Program-made: the position numbers and the translations under genes
IMG/VR virus record: IMGVR_UViG_3300030012_002528
Coordinates: 28,262 to 92,261 of that record
Source of the DNA: a virus
Strand: one strand, 5' to 3'
DNA length: 64,000 bases
In this document: positions 34,758 through 44,766 of the stretch, piece after piece
Position numbering within the stretch: the first letter of the stretch is position 1
How the letters are laid out: the number at the start of each line of letters is the position of its first letter
The notes under the pieces: model-generated
The model's input: only the letters and a program-made list of their open reading frames with translations
Told to the model about the DNA's origin: nothing
Database searches by the model: none

Positions 34758-35711
34758 ATGTATTTAAACTCTAAGGATTTAGGGAAGAGGTATTCTATTT
34801 TCCCATTGTCCCATACTGATTTGTGGGATTATTATAAAAAAGCAGAAAAGCAAACGTGGGTTGCTGAAGAGGTTGACTTGAGTTCTGATGACTTCGATGC
34901 GTTGTCAGAAGATGAAAAAAGTTACTTGAAAAACATCCTTGCATTCTTTGCTATCTCTGATGGTCTTGTGATAGACAACTTGGCTACCAACTTTATGAAT
35001 GAAGTAGAGCTACTTGAAGCTCAGTATTTTTATGGACATCAAACATTCATTGAGCAGGTTCACGCCAATGGGTATTCACTCCTTATTGATACATACATTA
35101 AAGACAACCAAGAAAGAAACGATTTATTTAATTCAATGTCTACCAACCAAGCAGTAAAAGACAAGGCTTCTTGGGCAGAGAAGTGGATTGACCATCCATC
35201 ATTTGCTCACCGACTTGTGGCATTTGCTTGTGTGGAAGGTATTGCTTTCTCCTCTGTATTCGCAGGAGTGTTTTGGTATAGGTCACGTAACAAGATGAAT
35301 GGCTTGGGTTCTATGAACGAATTAATCCTTAGAGATGAATCCTTGCATTATGAGTTTGCTCAGTACCTATACAACAACTACATCAAGGATGAGTACAAGA
35401 TTCCTACCCACGAAATTCAGAAAATCATTCTTGAGTGTTTCGATGTAGAGCAAAAGTTTGTTTTAGATAGTATGCCTAACGGCTTACAAGGTCTTACAAA
35501 GGAAGAGATGCTGGAGTACGTTAAATACGTTACTGATATCGTCTTAGAAGACTTCGGATGTGGTAAGTATTTCAATGTTAGAAACCCACTTGACTACATG
35601 GCTCGTATTGGGTTGTCAGCGAAAAACAATTTCTTTGAACAAAGAACAGGTCAGTACACTAGAGTAGATATTCCTACTACTACTGAAGGCATGTTCACAG
35701 ACGAGTTTTAA
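34758..35711 (+). CDS. nrdB: ribonucleotide reductase class Ia beta subunit
   Basis: W..EEVDLS.D, FFAISDG, EQVH...Y, VEGI.FS, RDESLH, NFFE. Confidence 0.96.
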   Translation: MYLNSKDLGKRYSIFPLSHTDLWDYYKKAEKQTWVAEEVDLSSDDFDALSEDEKSYLKNILAFFAISDGLVIDNLATNFMNEVELLEAQYFYGHQTFIEQVHANGYSLLIDTYIKDNQERNDLFNSMSTNQAVKDKASWAEKWIDHPSFAHRLVAFACVEGIAFSSVFAGVFWYRSRNKMNGLGSMNELILRDESLHYEFAQYLYNNYIKDEYKIPTHEIQKIILECFDVEQKFVLDSMPNGLQGLTKEEMLEYVKYVTDIVLEDFGCGKYFNVRNPLDYMARIGLSAKNNFFEQRTGQYTRVDIPTTTEGMFTDEF

Positions 35712-35712
35712 G

Positions 35713-37860
35713 ATGAGGATTACCAAGAGAGACGGAAGCAGTCAACAGTTTCTTCCAAATAAAATTTTAAATAGAATTAAGAATCGCTCTCAGGGGTTGA
35801 AAGTAAACCCTCACGAGTTGTTTCAAAAGGTTATCCCATCTATCAAGGATGGGATGACCACTACTGATTTGGATGAACTGATTGCCTTTTCATCTGCTGA
35901 TATGGTAACGACACACCCTGACTATAGTTTGCTTGGAGGTAGACTGCTACTAAGTAGATTATCTAAACTGATTGACAAGCCTCTTCAACCTGTTGATGAA
36001 ACATACGATTTCTTTGGTGCTATTACTTTCTTGAAGAAGTACTCTAAGAAGGTTGATGGGTCTCCATCGGAGTTACCCTCTTGTATGTACGAGAGAGTGG
36101 CTAGACACTTAGCAAAAGATAAGAAGGAATACAAGTTATTTGCAGATGAGTTGAAGACTAAGCGAATCAACTGTGCTACACCTATCTATACTAATGCAGG
36201 TATTGAGGGTAGAAACGGAATGATATCCTGTAACCTTACCCACTTGCAAGAAGATAGCATCGATGGTATCGAAAACACTTTAACTAAAATAGCTTACGCT
36301 TCGAAGGAAGGTGCAGGTATCGGTCTTATGATAGATAACTTGAGAAGTAAGAAATCAGATGTGACTTCTTTTAGTGCGAAGGCAGGGGGAATTGTACGTT
36401 TCGCTGATATGGTTCAGTCCAAGATGCGTTTTTACAAGCAAGGCACTCGTTCAGGCTCTTGTGCGTTATACCTATCGGTTTGGCACAGAGACATTATGGA
36501 CTTCTTGGAGCTTACTCTTCCTGTAGGACAAGAAGAACTTAGAACAAGAGACTTATTCTTGTCTGTAACTATTAACGATTTATTTATGAATAAATTGTTG
36601 AGCAATGAACCTTGGCATCTGTTCTGTCCTAAAGTGTTGAAAGACAATGGGTTACGACCTCTTGAAGACCTTTGGGGCGAGGAATTTGAAGCAGAATATC
36701 AGAAGGCAGTTGACCTTGGTATTGGTCACGAAATATCACCTAAGAAAATTTGGGACTCAATAATCAAGTCCCAAGTAGAGTCAGGTAGACCTTACGTCTT
36801 CTTCAAGGACAATGCTAACAGGAAGAATATGCAGAGTAATATCGGTGTAATTAAACAAAGTAATTTGTGCATCGAAATTATGGAAGCATCGAAACCTTCC
36901 TACACACCTCAATGTACGCTAGGTTCTGTTAACTTGTCTGAGCATGAGAGTGAGAAGACTATCAAGCATAGTGTCAAGGTTCTAACTAGAATGCTTAACC
37001 GAGTCATAGACAAGAACAAGTGGTCTGATGATTGGAGCAAGAATGCAGGAGAAGACCAAAGAGCGTTGGCTATTGGGGTAGCAGGAATGGCAGACTTCTT
37101 CGCAAAGAAAAAAATTAGTTTTGAGTCTGAGGAAGCCGTTGAATGGCAACACAAGATATTTAGAACTATGTATGAGTCTGCTGTGCAGGAGAGTCAGAAG
37201 ATGGCTGAGGAAGAAGGCGTGTACCCTGCTTGGGAAGGGAGTCCTTACAGCAAAGGAATTATGTACACAAGTAAAGTAACAGGCAGAGTGGTAGCTCCTT
37301 CTCAAAGAGAGCCTATCAAAGTTCGTAACTCTCTATTCTTAGGGCTTATGCCTACGGCAAGTTCTTCTATCTTACTTGGAGTGTTTGAAAGTTTCGAGCC
37401 TGTGACAAGTAATTTATTTACAAGAAGAGTTGGTCAAGGTGAGTTTACTGTGATTAACAAGTATCTTGTAAGTGAATTAGATGATTTAAAGTTATGGAAT
37501 CAGGAGATGATGGATAAGATTATTGCCAATGGTGGTTCTATCCAAAACATCGTAGAGATACCTGAAGATGTGAGATACCGATACAAAGATGTGTGGGAGA
37601 TATCACAGAAGACTCTACTCGATTTAGCGGCTGTTAGGAATAGCTATGTAGACCAAAGCCAATCGATGAATGTATATCACAAGGATGCGAAGTATTCTAA
37701 GATATCAAGTGCATTGATGTACGCTTGGAAGGTAGGATTGAAGACAGGAGTTTACTACACTAGAACTAAGTCTAAGATTGAAAATAATGCTAAATTAGCA
37801 GGAGTAAGTAAAGATAAACCAAAAGACTCTCAGTTTGAGTGCTTTGGATGTAGTAGTTAA
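35713..37860 (+). CDS. nrdA: ribonucleotide reductase class Ia alpha subunit (ATP cone)
   Basis: ITKRDG, SC, SNLCIEI, MPTASSS, DQSQS, KTGVYY, C-terminal CFGC. Confidence 0.96.
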   Translation: MRITKRDGSSQQFLPNKILNRIKNRSQGLKVNPHELFQKVIPSIKDGMTTTDLDELIAFSSADMVTTHPDYSLLGGRLLLSRLSKLIDKPLQPVDETYDFFGAITFLKKYSKKVDGSPSELPSCMYERVARHLAKDKKEYKLFADELKTKRINCATPIYTNAGIEGRNGMISCNLTHLQEDSIDGIENTLTKIAYASKEGAGIGLMIDNLRSKKSDVTSFSAKAGGIVRFADMVQSKMRFYKQGTRSGSCALYLSVWHRDIMDFLELTLPVGQEELRTRDLFLSVTINDLFMNKLLSNEPWHLFCPKVLKDNGLRPLEDLWGEEFEAEYQKAVDLGIGHEISPKKIWDSIIKSQVESGRPYVFFKDNANRKNMQSNIGVIKQSNLCIEIMEASKPSYTPQCTLGSVNLSEHESEKTIKHSVKVLTRMLNRVIDKNKWSDDWSKNAGEDQRALAIGVAGMADFFAKKKISFESEEAVEWQHKIFRTMYESAVQESQKMAEEEGVYPAWEGSPYSKGIMYTSKVTGRVVAPSQREPIKVRNSLFLGLMPTASSSILLGVFESFEPVTSNLFTRRVGQGEFTVINKYLVSELDDLKLWNQEMMDKIIANGGSIQNIVEIPEDVRYRYKDVWEISQKTLLDLAAVRNSYVDQSQSMNVYHKDAKYSKISSALMYAWKVGLKTGVYYTRTKSKIENNAKLAGVSKDKPKDSQFECFGCSS

Positions 37861-37969
37861 TAATGATTATTTTTAAAAGCATATTAACTCTTTTCTACAT
37901 AATTTCCGTCATAATAACTATGATAGGAATTGGTATAATTATAAATGATAAAATTAAAAACAACTAAAT

Positions 37970-38641
37970 ATGGCTTATATAGAAACAAGCTTCCCACCTC
38001 TTGATGTGTGGGTAAGAAGAGAATACTTATACGATATGGAAGAACATCACGGGGAGTTCGACAAAGGTCGAATGGTTTCTGTCAAATGTTTACCTGGGCA
38101 AGTACCGCTATTCCAAGTGTTACTAGAAAATGGTGTGATGAGGGACAAGTTACCTTGCTCTGCATTCGTGGTATTTGATAGAGAAATAGACCCTGCCGAA
38201 GCTCCTGCTATGGCGTTTGACCATCTATGTCTTTGGAACTCTTTCAGTAAGAATTTCTCAATAGTTCAACTTAATTATTTAGGTAGTGTAACTGCATCAG
38301 CTTTTTTAAAAGATAAACAGTGGTACGATGGAGAATACTTTGCTACCATACAATGGGCAGGAGACACTAATGAAAATGCAGACCTTACGTTGAGTGAAAC
38401 ACCTCACGAACATAAGTCTCACCACATTATACTTCTGCATAATGGTAATATTGCACTCCAACCTAACAATAGAGTAAGATGGATAGAGCCTTCCTTCACT
38501 ACTAAGGAGTTCCCTGCAAGACCTGACTATAAAGTATGCACTCAAACTTTCAATGCTGAAGGGTACGAGAAGTGGGTGACGGAGGACAGCGACAGATATA
38601 TGTATGGCACTGAAGACGTAAGTGATGAAGTGGTTGAGTAG
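37970..38641 (+). CDS. conserved phage protein
   Basis: VRREYLYD...HGE, EHKSHH, QPNNR. Confidence 0.75.
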   Translation: MAYIETSFPPLDVWVRREYLYDMEEHHGEFDKGRMVSVKCLPGQVPLFQVLLENGVMRDKLPCSAFVVFDREIDPAEAPAMAFDHLCLWNSFSKNFSIVQLNYLGSVTASAFLKDKQWYDGEYFATIQWAGDTNENADLTLSETPHEHKSHHIILLHNGNIALQPNNRVRWIEPSFTTKEFPARPDYKVCTQTFNAEGYEKWVTEDSDRYMYGTEDVSDEVVE

Positions 38642-38722
38642 TTTTATAGTTTTTAGTATAGGTGCGTTAGTAGCATCAATACTAGGATATAAAATAAAAG
38701 ATAAGGGAAATAAAAAAGACAA

Positions 38723-39094
38723 ATGAAAAATGGTAAACATTTGATACTAGATGCCTACGGCTGTGATTATGATTCTTTATGGGACACTGAGCTTATAAAA
38801 GATACATTACTAACAGTTACCAATATGATTGGACTTAGACCATTATCTGATACATTAATCTATGAAGTTGATGAATCAATGATTGATAAGAAAGACACTG
38901 GGATTACAGGAGGTATTATTTTTATGGAGAGCCATTTTACATTTCACTCATTTCCCGAAAGAGGATATTTTTCTGCTGATGTATATTCGTGCAATACTTT
39001 TGACCATGAGCAAGTAGTAGAACATATTTCTACTGTATTTAATTCTAAATCAAAAGACGTAACTGTCCTGATTAGAGGAAGTCAACTAAAATAA
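38723..39094 (+). CDS. speD: S-adenosylmethionine decarboxylase proenzyme
   Basis: GKHLILDAYGC, ESHFTFHSFPE, DVYSC. Confidence 0.9.
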   Translation: MKNGKHLILDAYGCDYDSLWDTELIKDTLLTVTNMIGLRPLSDTLIYEVDESMIDKKDTGITGGIIFMESHFTFHSFPERGYFSADVYSCNTFDHEQVVEHISTVFNSKSKDVTVLIRGSQLK

Positions 39095-39100
39095 ATAATA

Positions 39101-39457
39101 ATGATAGGAAATAATGATTTTTATACACCCCTAATGACAGGACTTACAGTCAAGGAATCCTGTATACATGGACTTGGATTATTTGCAACTAAGTCTATAG
39201 ACAAAGGTCTAGTATTAGGTGTGTCGCACAAGCACGATGAGAGGTTTCAGAATAACTACATTAGAACTCCTCTTGGGGGATTTATTAACCATAGTGATGA
39301 CCCTAACTTGGTGTTAGTTGAAGAAAATGATTTAAAATATGTTAGAACTACAAGAGACGTAAAGGTAGGGGAGGAACTCACTCTTAAATACACTCTCTAT
39401 AAAGTATGTGGAGATACAGACTTTGATACCAAGGGTGCGTGTGTAGATATGATATAA
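39101..39457 (+). CDS. SET domain protein
   Basis: HGLGLFAT, FINHSDDPN, GEELTLKY. Confidence 0.9.
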   Translation: MIGNNDFYTPLMTGLTVKESCIHGLGLFATKSIDKGLVLGVSHKHDERFQNNYIRTPLGGFINHSDDPNLVLVEENDLKYVRTTRDVKVGEELTLKYTLYKVCGDTDFDTKGACVDMI

Positions 39458-39987
39458 TGGAACGTAAGTTATATCCTTGTAAAGAATGTGGTGCGAAAGT
39501 ACCTGTTAGAAGTAAAGGTTTATGTCCTCCCTGCAGAGAAATGCAGAGGAGAAGTCAGGGAGAAGAAACTATGATGACTCGCAAGACTCCTATAAAGAAA
39601 TCATTTAAAGTAGATACAGAAAGGAGAGATAAGTTAAATAAATTCTTCGATGCCCACATCGAGTTTTTAAGACAACATCCTTCGTGCTACGAAACAGGCG
39701 AGCGTATATACGACCCTTCTCGCCTAAACATTGCACACCTATTTCCTAAAAGAAAGTATCGCTCAGTAGAGGACCACAGCGACAATGTGGTCTATCTATC
39801 TTGGGATGCACACACACGATTTGATAGACTTGTGGACACTAATAATTTTGATAAACTTCAAAAAGAGTTCCCAAAAAGTTTTGATAGAATGAAAAAAGTT
39901 GTATCTTTAGTAGAGGAGAAGGGGATTTTAAAAACCAAATTAGAAGAATGGCTTTCAAATTACGACCATACCAACAACAAGCAGTAG
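39457..39987 (+). CDS. Zn-finger + HNH/NinG-like nuclease
   Basis: CKECG...LCPPC; NIAHLFPK...NVVYL...H..FD. Confidence 0.65.
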   Translation: MERKLYPCKECGAKVPVRSKGLCPPCREMQRRSQGEETMMTRKTPIKKSFKVDTERRDKLNKFFDAHIEFLRQHPSCYETGERIYDPSRLNIAHLFPKRKYRSVEDHSDNVVYLSWDAHTRFDRLVDTNNFDKLQKEFPKSFDRMKKVVSLVEEKGILKTKLEEWLSNYDHTNNKQ

Positions 39988-41363
39988 ACGACTGTCTTGA
40001 CTTTATATATAATAAAAACGCTAAGAGTGGGATTGTAGTAGCACCAACTGGTGCTGGTAAAAGTCTTATTGTTGCTAACCTTGCAAAAGAGTTGAAGCAA
40101 CCTGTACTTTGTTTGCAACCTTCAAAAGAGTTACTTGAGCAGAACTACGCTAAGTATACTTCATATGGTTTAGAGGCTTCCGTTTTTAGTGCATCACTTG
40201 GAAAGAAGGAAATAGGAGATGTGATATTTGCTACTCCTAAAAGCGTAGCCAATTCGATGGAGTTGTTTTCTCATATCAAATATATTATCATTGATGAGTG
40301 CCATCTAGGAACAAAAAGAAGAGGAACCATACACTCCACAGTAGAGGCGTTGAAGCCTAAAAAGGTAATAGGTCTGACTGCTACTCCTATATATCTAAAA
40401 AGCACTATGGAAGGGTCTATACTCAAGATGATGAATCGAACAAAGGACTCGTTCATGAGAAACATTATCCATGTCACTCAGATAAAAGAACTAACGGACA
40501 AAGGTTACTGGAGTGAATTATTATACGAGAATAGATATGTAGACACTTCTATGCTACGTATGAACTCTTCAGGAGCAGAATTCTCCAAGGAGTCCATGCA
40601 AAGAATGTATGTGGATAACAACACAAGAGAGAACCTTCTAAGAGAAATAGACGCGTTACGAAAAGAGGGTAGAAAGTCCATTCTCGTTTTTGTACCTTCC
40701 GTTGAGGAAGCTAACTCTTTAGCTGACATAGTAGAGGATAGTGCATCAGCTAGTGCTGAAACTAAAAAGAAAGAGAGAGAAAGAATAGTAAAAGAGTTTA
40801 AAGAAGGTAAGATAAAAGTTTTATTCAATTGTAACTTATTTGCTGTTGGGTTTGACCATCCTGAATTAGATGCTATTGTATCTAGTAGACCTACTGCTTC
40901 CCTTGCCGTATACTACCAACAAGTAGGTAGAGGTTGTCGTATTGCAGACGAAAAACAGAATTGTAAGATAATTGACTTAGCAGGTAATTCGTTTAGGTTT
41001 GGTAAAGTGGAAGGCCTTACATTTGAGAACTTCATCGGACACGGATGGGGTATGTTTGCAGGAGACAGACTTATTAGCTCAGTTATACTATCAGATGGTT
41101 TCGACATTACTAAACAAGATATTAAGGCGAAAGTAGTTAATAATATAGTTCAAGATAACCCATCAATTTCTAAAGGTAATTTAATGTTTACGTTTGGTAA
41201 ATACAAAGGTTACAGTATAGCAGAAGTATATAACAAAGACTCAAGATATTTATACTGGATGGCATCCAGCAAATTTGAAACTTATTCAGCCACAGCATCA
41301 AAAGCAAAAAAGGATGTATGTGAGTATTTAAAAAATGTAAATTTAGTAAACAATGCAAAATAA
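39948..41363 (+). CDS. SF2 DEAD/DEAH helicase (RadD-like)
   Basis: LRPYQ, PTGAGKS, DECH, GLTATP, GFD.P, QQVGRGCR; C-terminal FGKYKG domain. Confidence 0.92.
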   Translation: MAFKLRPYQQQAVDDCLDFIYNKNAKSGIVVAPTGAGKSLIVANLAKELKQPVLCLQPSKELLEQNYAKYTSYGLEASVFSASLGKKEIGDVIFATPKSVANSMELFSHIKYIIIDECHLGTKRRGTIHSTVEALKPKKVIGLTATPIYLKSTMEGSILKMMNRTKDSFMRNIIHVTQIKELTDKGYWSELLYENRYVDTSMLRMNSSGAEFSKESMQRMYVDNNTRENLLREIDALRKEGRKSILVFVPSVEEANSLADIVEDSASASAETKKKERERIVKEFKEGKIKVLFNCNLFAVGFDHPELDAIVSSRPTASLAVYYQQVGRGCRIADEKQNCKIIDLAGNSFRFGKVEGLTFENFIGHGWGMFAGDRLISSVILSDGFDITKQDIKAKVVNNIVQDNPSISKGNLMFTFGKYKGYSIAEVYNKDSRYLYWMASSKFETYSATASKAKKDVCEYLKNVNLVNNAK

Positions 41364-41589
41364 ATTTGATATAGAAGACTGTTGTCTATTTATAGATGGT
41401 AAAGAGGTACAATGCGAAGATGATTTAATAAGACTAGCAGGGGATTTATCAACAGGAACTGTCCCTACCTACTTAGAAAAGTATGACCTTAGTGAATATG
41501 ATATTCAGATATTAGAGGAGATGCTTGCAAAAGAGATATTTCTTAGAGGCAAATGCCTTACCCCCGATGAAGAATATTTAGGAGAATGA
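41353..41589 (+). CDS. hypothetical acidic protein
   Basis: 78 aa. Confidence 0.6.
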   Translation: MQNKFDIEDCCLFIDGKEVQCEDDLIRLAGDLSTGTVPTYLEKYDLSEYDIQILEEMLAKEIFLRGKCLTPDEEYLGE

Positions 41590-43613
41590 ATTATATCATA
41601 ACAAATAATCGTCCTTTCTTTGAAAAGATAGGTAAATACAATTACTGCAGTTTATCGGATATGGTGCTTCCTGATGTCATAGCATTTGACTCGGAAACTA
41701 CTTCTCTATCCCCAAGAAAAGGACATATGTTCTGTGTGCAAATAGGTACAGGGGAAAACAACTACATAATTGATTTCCAACAATTAGGCGGAGAGTTAAC
41801 TTTTGAAGATGTAACTCCTTATCTTAAAGGAAAAATATTGGTAGGACATAACCTTACTTTCGACCTCGGATGGTTGTACAAACATAATTTTGTACCTAGA
41901 AGCGTGTATGATACTTTCATAGCGAGTAAAATACTTTATAATGGTAATGGGCGTGTAGCAAGACATGGATTTGGATTTGTTATGGATAGGGAGTTAGGTA
42001 TTGAATATGATAAGTCAGAACAAAAAAACATCGCAAAAACTCAGCTTTCTAATCACAAAGCAATACAGTATGCGTTTAATGACGTTGATAAGGTATTAGA
42101 CCTTGTAAAAGAGTTAGGCAAAAAGCTGAAAGAAAAAGGCTCTGTTGAAACATTTAAATTACATTGTAGATATATCAAAGCACTCGCATATATGGAACAA
42201 TGTGGTATGCCTGTGTCTTTAGATAAGTGGAAGGATAAAATTGAACAAGATAAACTTGTATTAGAGGAATCGAGGGTAGAGGTAGTAGAATATATTTACG
42301 ATAATTTACCTAAATTTAGAGACAACCAGATTGATATGTTTGACTCTTCAAAACGTATTATCCCTATGCTTACTTCTCAGTTACAAATGATTCCTGTATT
42401 TGAAGCATTTGAAATAGAACTGCGTGATGCAGATGACCATCCTGATAAGAGAACTTTGAACAAGGACGTATTGAAGAAGAGTAATCATCCTTTTGTAGAT
42501 ATATGGTTACGATATAAACAAGCAGAACACGATGTTTCTACATATGGTGAAAATATTTTAAATAAAATAGAAGATGGTAGAATTTATACTGATTTTAATC
42601 CTGTGCTTGATACTGCCAGGATTTCTACTAGACGGGGCGGTGTTAATATACTTAACTTTCCTTCGAATAAGAGAACTAGGGATTGCTTTGTGGCAAGCAA
42701 TGGGTACAAAATGGTTGTCGCTGATTACGAAGGCCAAGAAAATGTAGTAGGAGCTGACTTGCACAGAGATGCTGTAATGATTGCCTCTATAAAAAATGGT
42801 GATGATTTGCACTCTGCTTTTGCAAGATTGATATTTCCTGAATTAGAAAAATTAACTGACAATGAAATTAAAAACAACCATAAAGATAAAAGGCAATTCT
42901 CCAAGGCACCTCGCTTCTGTTTCTCTTATGGTGGGACAGGCTTTACGGCAGCTAAGAGTCTTAATATTCCAGTAGAGGAAGGAGAGAGACTTGAGAAACT
43001 CTACAGAGAACTGCATCCAGGAGTTTACGAATGGGGAGAGCAAAAGCTATATAAAGCTATGGATTTAGGGTACATAGAGTCGGCTGACGGCTTTAAACTT
43101 GATTTGCCTATGTACGATGAGTTTTACGAACTTCATCAGTGGATGGAATCAAAAGACTCTGATTTTTGGGCAACATACAAAGAAGGCAAAGAGCAAGCAA
43201 AGTTGAGAGCTGAGGCAGAAGAAAAGGGGGAAGAATTTAAAGTTACAAATGCTCCTTCTCTTGAGCACTACGATAGAGTAAGACCTAAGCTGTCTAAGTA
43301 TTTCTCTAGAAGAGGTAAATATTTTAGGTTATCCCTAAACAACCCTGTTCAAGCGACTTCAGCACATCAAACTAAACGAGCAGCTTCATTACTTTTTGAA
43401 CACATTGTGGAAAACGGTCACTTCGGTAAAGTAAAAATATGTAATATTCCGCACGATGAATTCGTACTTGAAGTTGAAGACAGTTTAGCAGAAGAATATG
43501 GTAAAATTTTGGAAAAGTGTATGATAGATGGAGGAAATTACTATCTTAGTAGTGGATTAGTGGAGATGGGGGCAGAAGCCAATATTGGCACATCATGGTA
43601 TGAAGCAAAATAA
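41586..43613 (+). CDS. polA: DNA polymerase family A with 3'-5' exonuclease
   Basis: FDSETT, GHNLTFD, YAFNDV; motif A ADYEGQE, B RQFSKAPRFCFSYG, C PHDE. Confidence 0.93.
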   Translation: MNYIITNNRPFFEKIGKYNYCSLSDMVLPDVIAFDSETTSLSPRKGHMFCVQIGTGENNYIIDFQQLGGELTFEDVTPYLKGKILVGHNLTFDLGWLYKHNFVPRSVYDTFIASKILYNGNGRVARHGFGFVMDRELGIEYDKSEQKNIAKTQLSNHKAIQYAFNDVDKVLDLVKELGKKLKEKGSVETFKLHCRYIKALAYMEQCGMPVSLDKWKDKIEQDKLVLEESRVEVVEYIYDNLPKFRDNQIDMFDSSKRIIPMLTSQLQMIPVFEAFEIELRDADDHPDKRTLNKDVLKKSNHPFVDIWLRYKQAEHDVSTYGENILNKIEDGRIYTDFNPVLDTARISTRRGGVNILNFPSNKRTRDCFVASNGYKMVVADYEGQENVVGADLHRDAVMIASIKNGDDLHSAFARLIFPELEKLTDNEIKNNHKDKRQFSKAPRFCFSYGGTGFTAAKSLNIPVEEGERLEKLYRELHPGVYEWGEQKLYKAMDLGYIESADGFKLDLPMYDEFYELHQWMESKDSDFWATYKEGKEQAKLRAEAEEKGEEFKVTNAPSLEHYDRVRPKLSKYFSRRGKYFRLSLNNPVQATSAHQTKRAASLLFEHIVENGHFGKVKICNIPHDEFVLEVEDSLAEEYGKILEKCMIDGGNYYLSSGLVEMGAEANIGTSWYEAK

Positions 43614-43615
43614 TT

Positions 43616-44326
43616 ATGGAACATAAAGTAAATATGATTGATTGGAAATTAGTATTGATTACTATATTGATGCTATGGGTTTGGGCATCGCTAGATAGCA
43701 AGACTGTAAACAATTATTACGACATAGAGACTGCTATAATTGTAGACTCTACGTTTGATTTAGATACAGCAGTTCTTATGGGCGACACGTTGTATGATTC
43801 TACGTATTCTTGGGATAGATTACATTACAGGGATTATAACACTCCTGACACTATAAGGCTCCCCTTAGTTACTCACGAACGTGAGTATTGTTACCCTGTA
43901 GATGGAACAATGACAAGTGGATACGGGTGGCGTTGGGGTAGGAGCCACGATGGTATCGACATAGCGTACAATAACAGGGACACTACGAAAAGTATGTTTC
44001 CTGGGGTAGTGAGGTACTCAAAGAAAGGCTATAACGGAGGTTATGGTAATTTAGTTATTATAAGACACTTCAATGGTCTTGAAACTTACTATGCTCACCA
44101 CAGAACTTTATTTGTGGAGCAAGGTGACACTCTAGACGCAGGCGATGCTATCGGATTGGTAGGGTCTACAGGTCGTTCTACAGGACCTCATCTTCACTTA
44201 GAGACACGGTTCTTAGGACTACCTATCAACCCTGAGTTGATTATCAACTTGGATGATTCAACTCTTGTAAGTGATAGTATTGAATTAATTAAGAAAGGCA
44301 GACACTATATTACCCATGGGATATAA
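43616..44326 (+). CDS. M23 family peptidase with N-terminal TM/signal
   Basis: HDGID, GYGNLV, YAH, STGPHLHLE. Confidence 0.92.
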   Translation: MEHKVNMIDWKLVLITILMLWVWASLDSKTVNNYYDIETAIIVDSTFDLDTAVLMGDTLYDSTYSWDRLHYRDYNTPDTIRLPLVTHEREYCYPVDGTMTSGYGWRWGRSHDGIDIAYNNRDTTKSMFPGVVRYSKKGYNGGYGNLVIIRHFNGLETYYAHHRTLFVEQGDTLDAGDAIGLVGSTGRSTGPHLHLETRFLGLPINPELIINLDDSTLVSDSIELIKKGRHYITHGI

Positions 44327-44501
44327 AATCATAAAAAAAGTTAAAGTACACTCTCAATTACCTTCTTCTAGCGTATATTTGTTAGACAGTATGGGGGTTG
44401 TGCTAAACTTAGAATCGAAAGAAGAGGCTAAGAAACTAGTAGACCTCTTGAATGTTAACGCAGACAACAATACTGAGTATAGTGTCGCAAAAAATAAGTA
44501 A
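44316..44501 (+). CDS. hypothetical protein
   Basis: 61 aa. Confidence 0.6.
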   Translation: MGYKIIKKVKVHSQLPSSSVYLLDSMGVVLNLESKEEAKKLVDLLNVNADNNTEYSVAKNK

Positions 44502-44502
44502 T

Positions 44503-44766
44503 ATGGGACAAAACACTAAAGACCCTTTAATGGATAATCCACACAGACCAAAGACTAGAGGTACTACATATCCTAAGTTCTATAATAAGAGCATAGAAAC
44601 GTGGGATTATATCGCAGCTCACAACTTGGATTTCTTCGAAGGAAATATTATCAAGTACGTGACTCGGCACAAGTCTAAAAATGGTTTGGAGGACTTAGAG
44701 AAGGCAAGAGTTTATTTAGATAAACTTATTTCAATAACTTATAAAGATTATAATCATGGTTTATAG
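44503..44766 (+). CDS. DUF3310 (T7 gp1.7-like nucleotide kinase) protein
   Basis: IETWDYI...FFEGNIIKYVTR...KNGLEDLEKA..YL. Confidence 0.85.
   Translation: MGQNTKDPLMDNPHRPKTRGTTYPKFYNKSIETWDYIAAHNLDFFEGNIIKYVTRHKSKNGLEDLEKARVYLDKLISITYKDYNHGL

Noticed and set aside
34758-43613. Introns or inteins in nrdB, nrdA, helicase or polA
   Set aside because: ORFs are continuous and of normal or compact length, with no intein terminal motifs.
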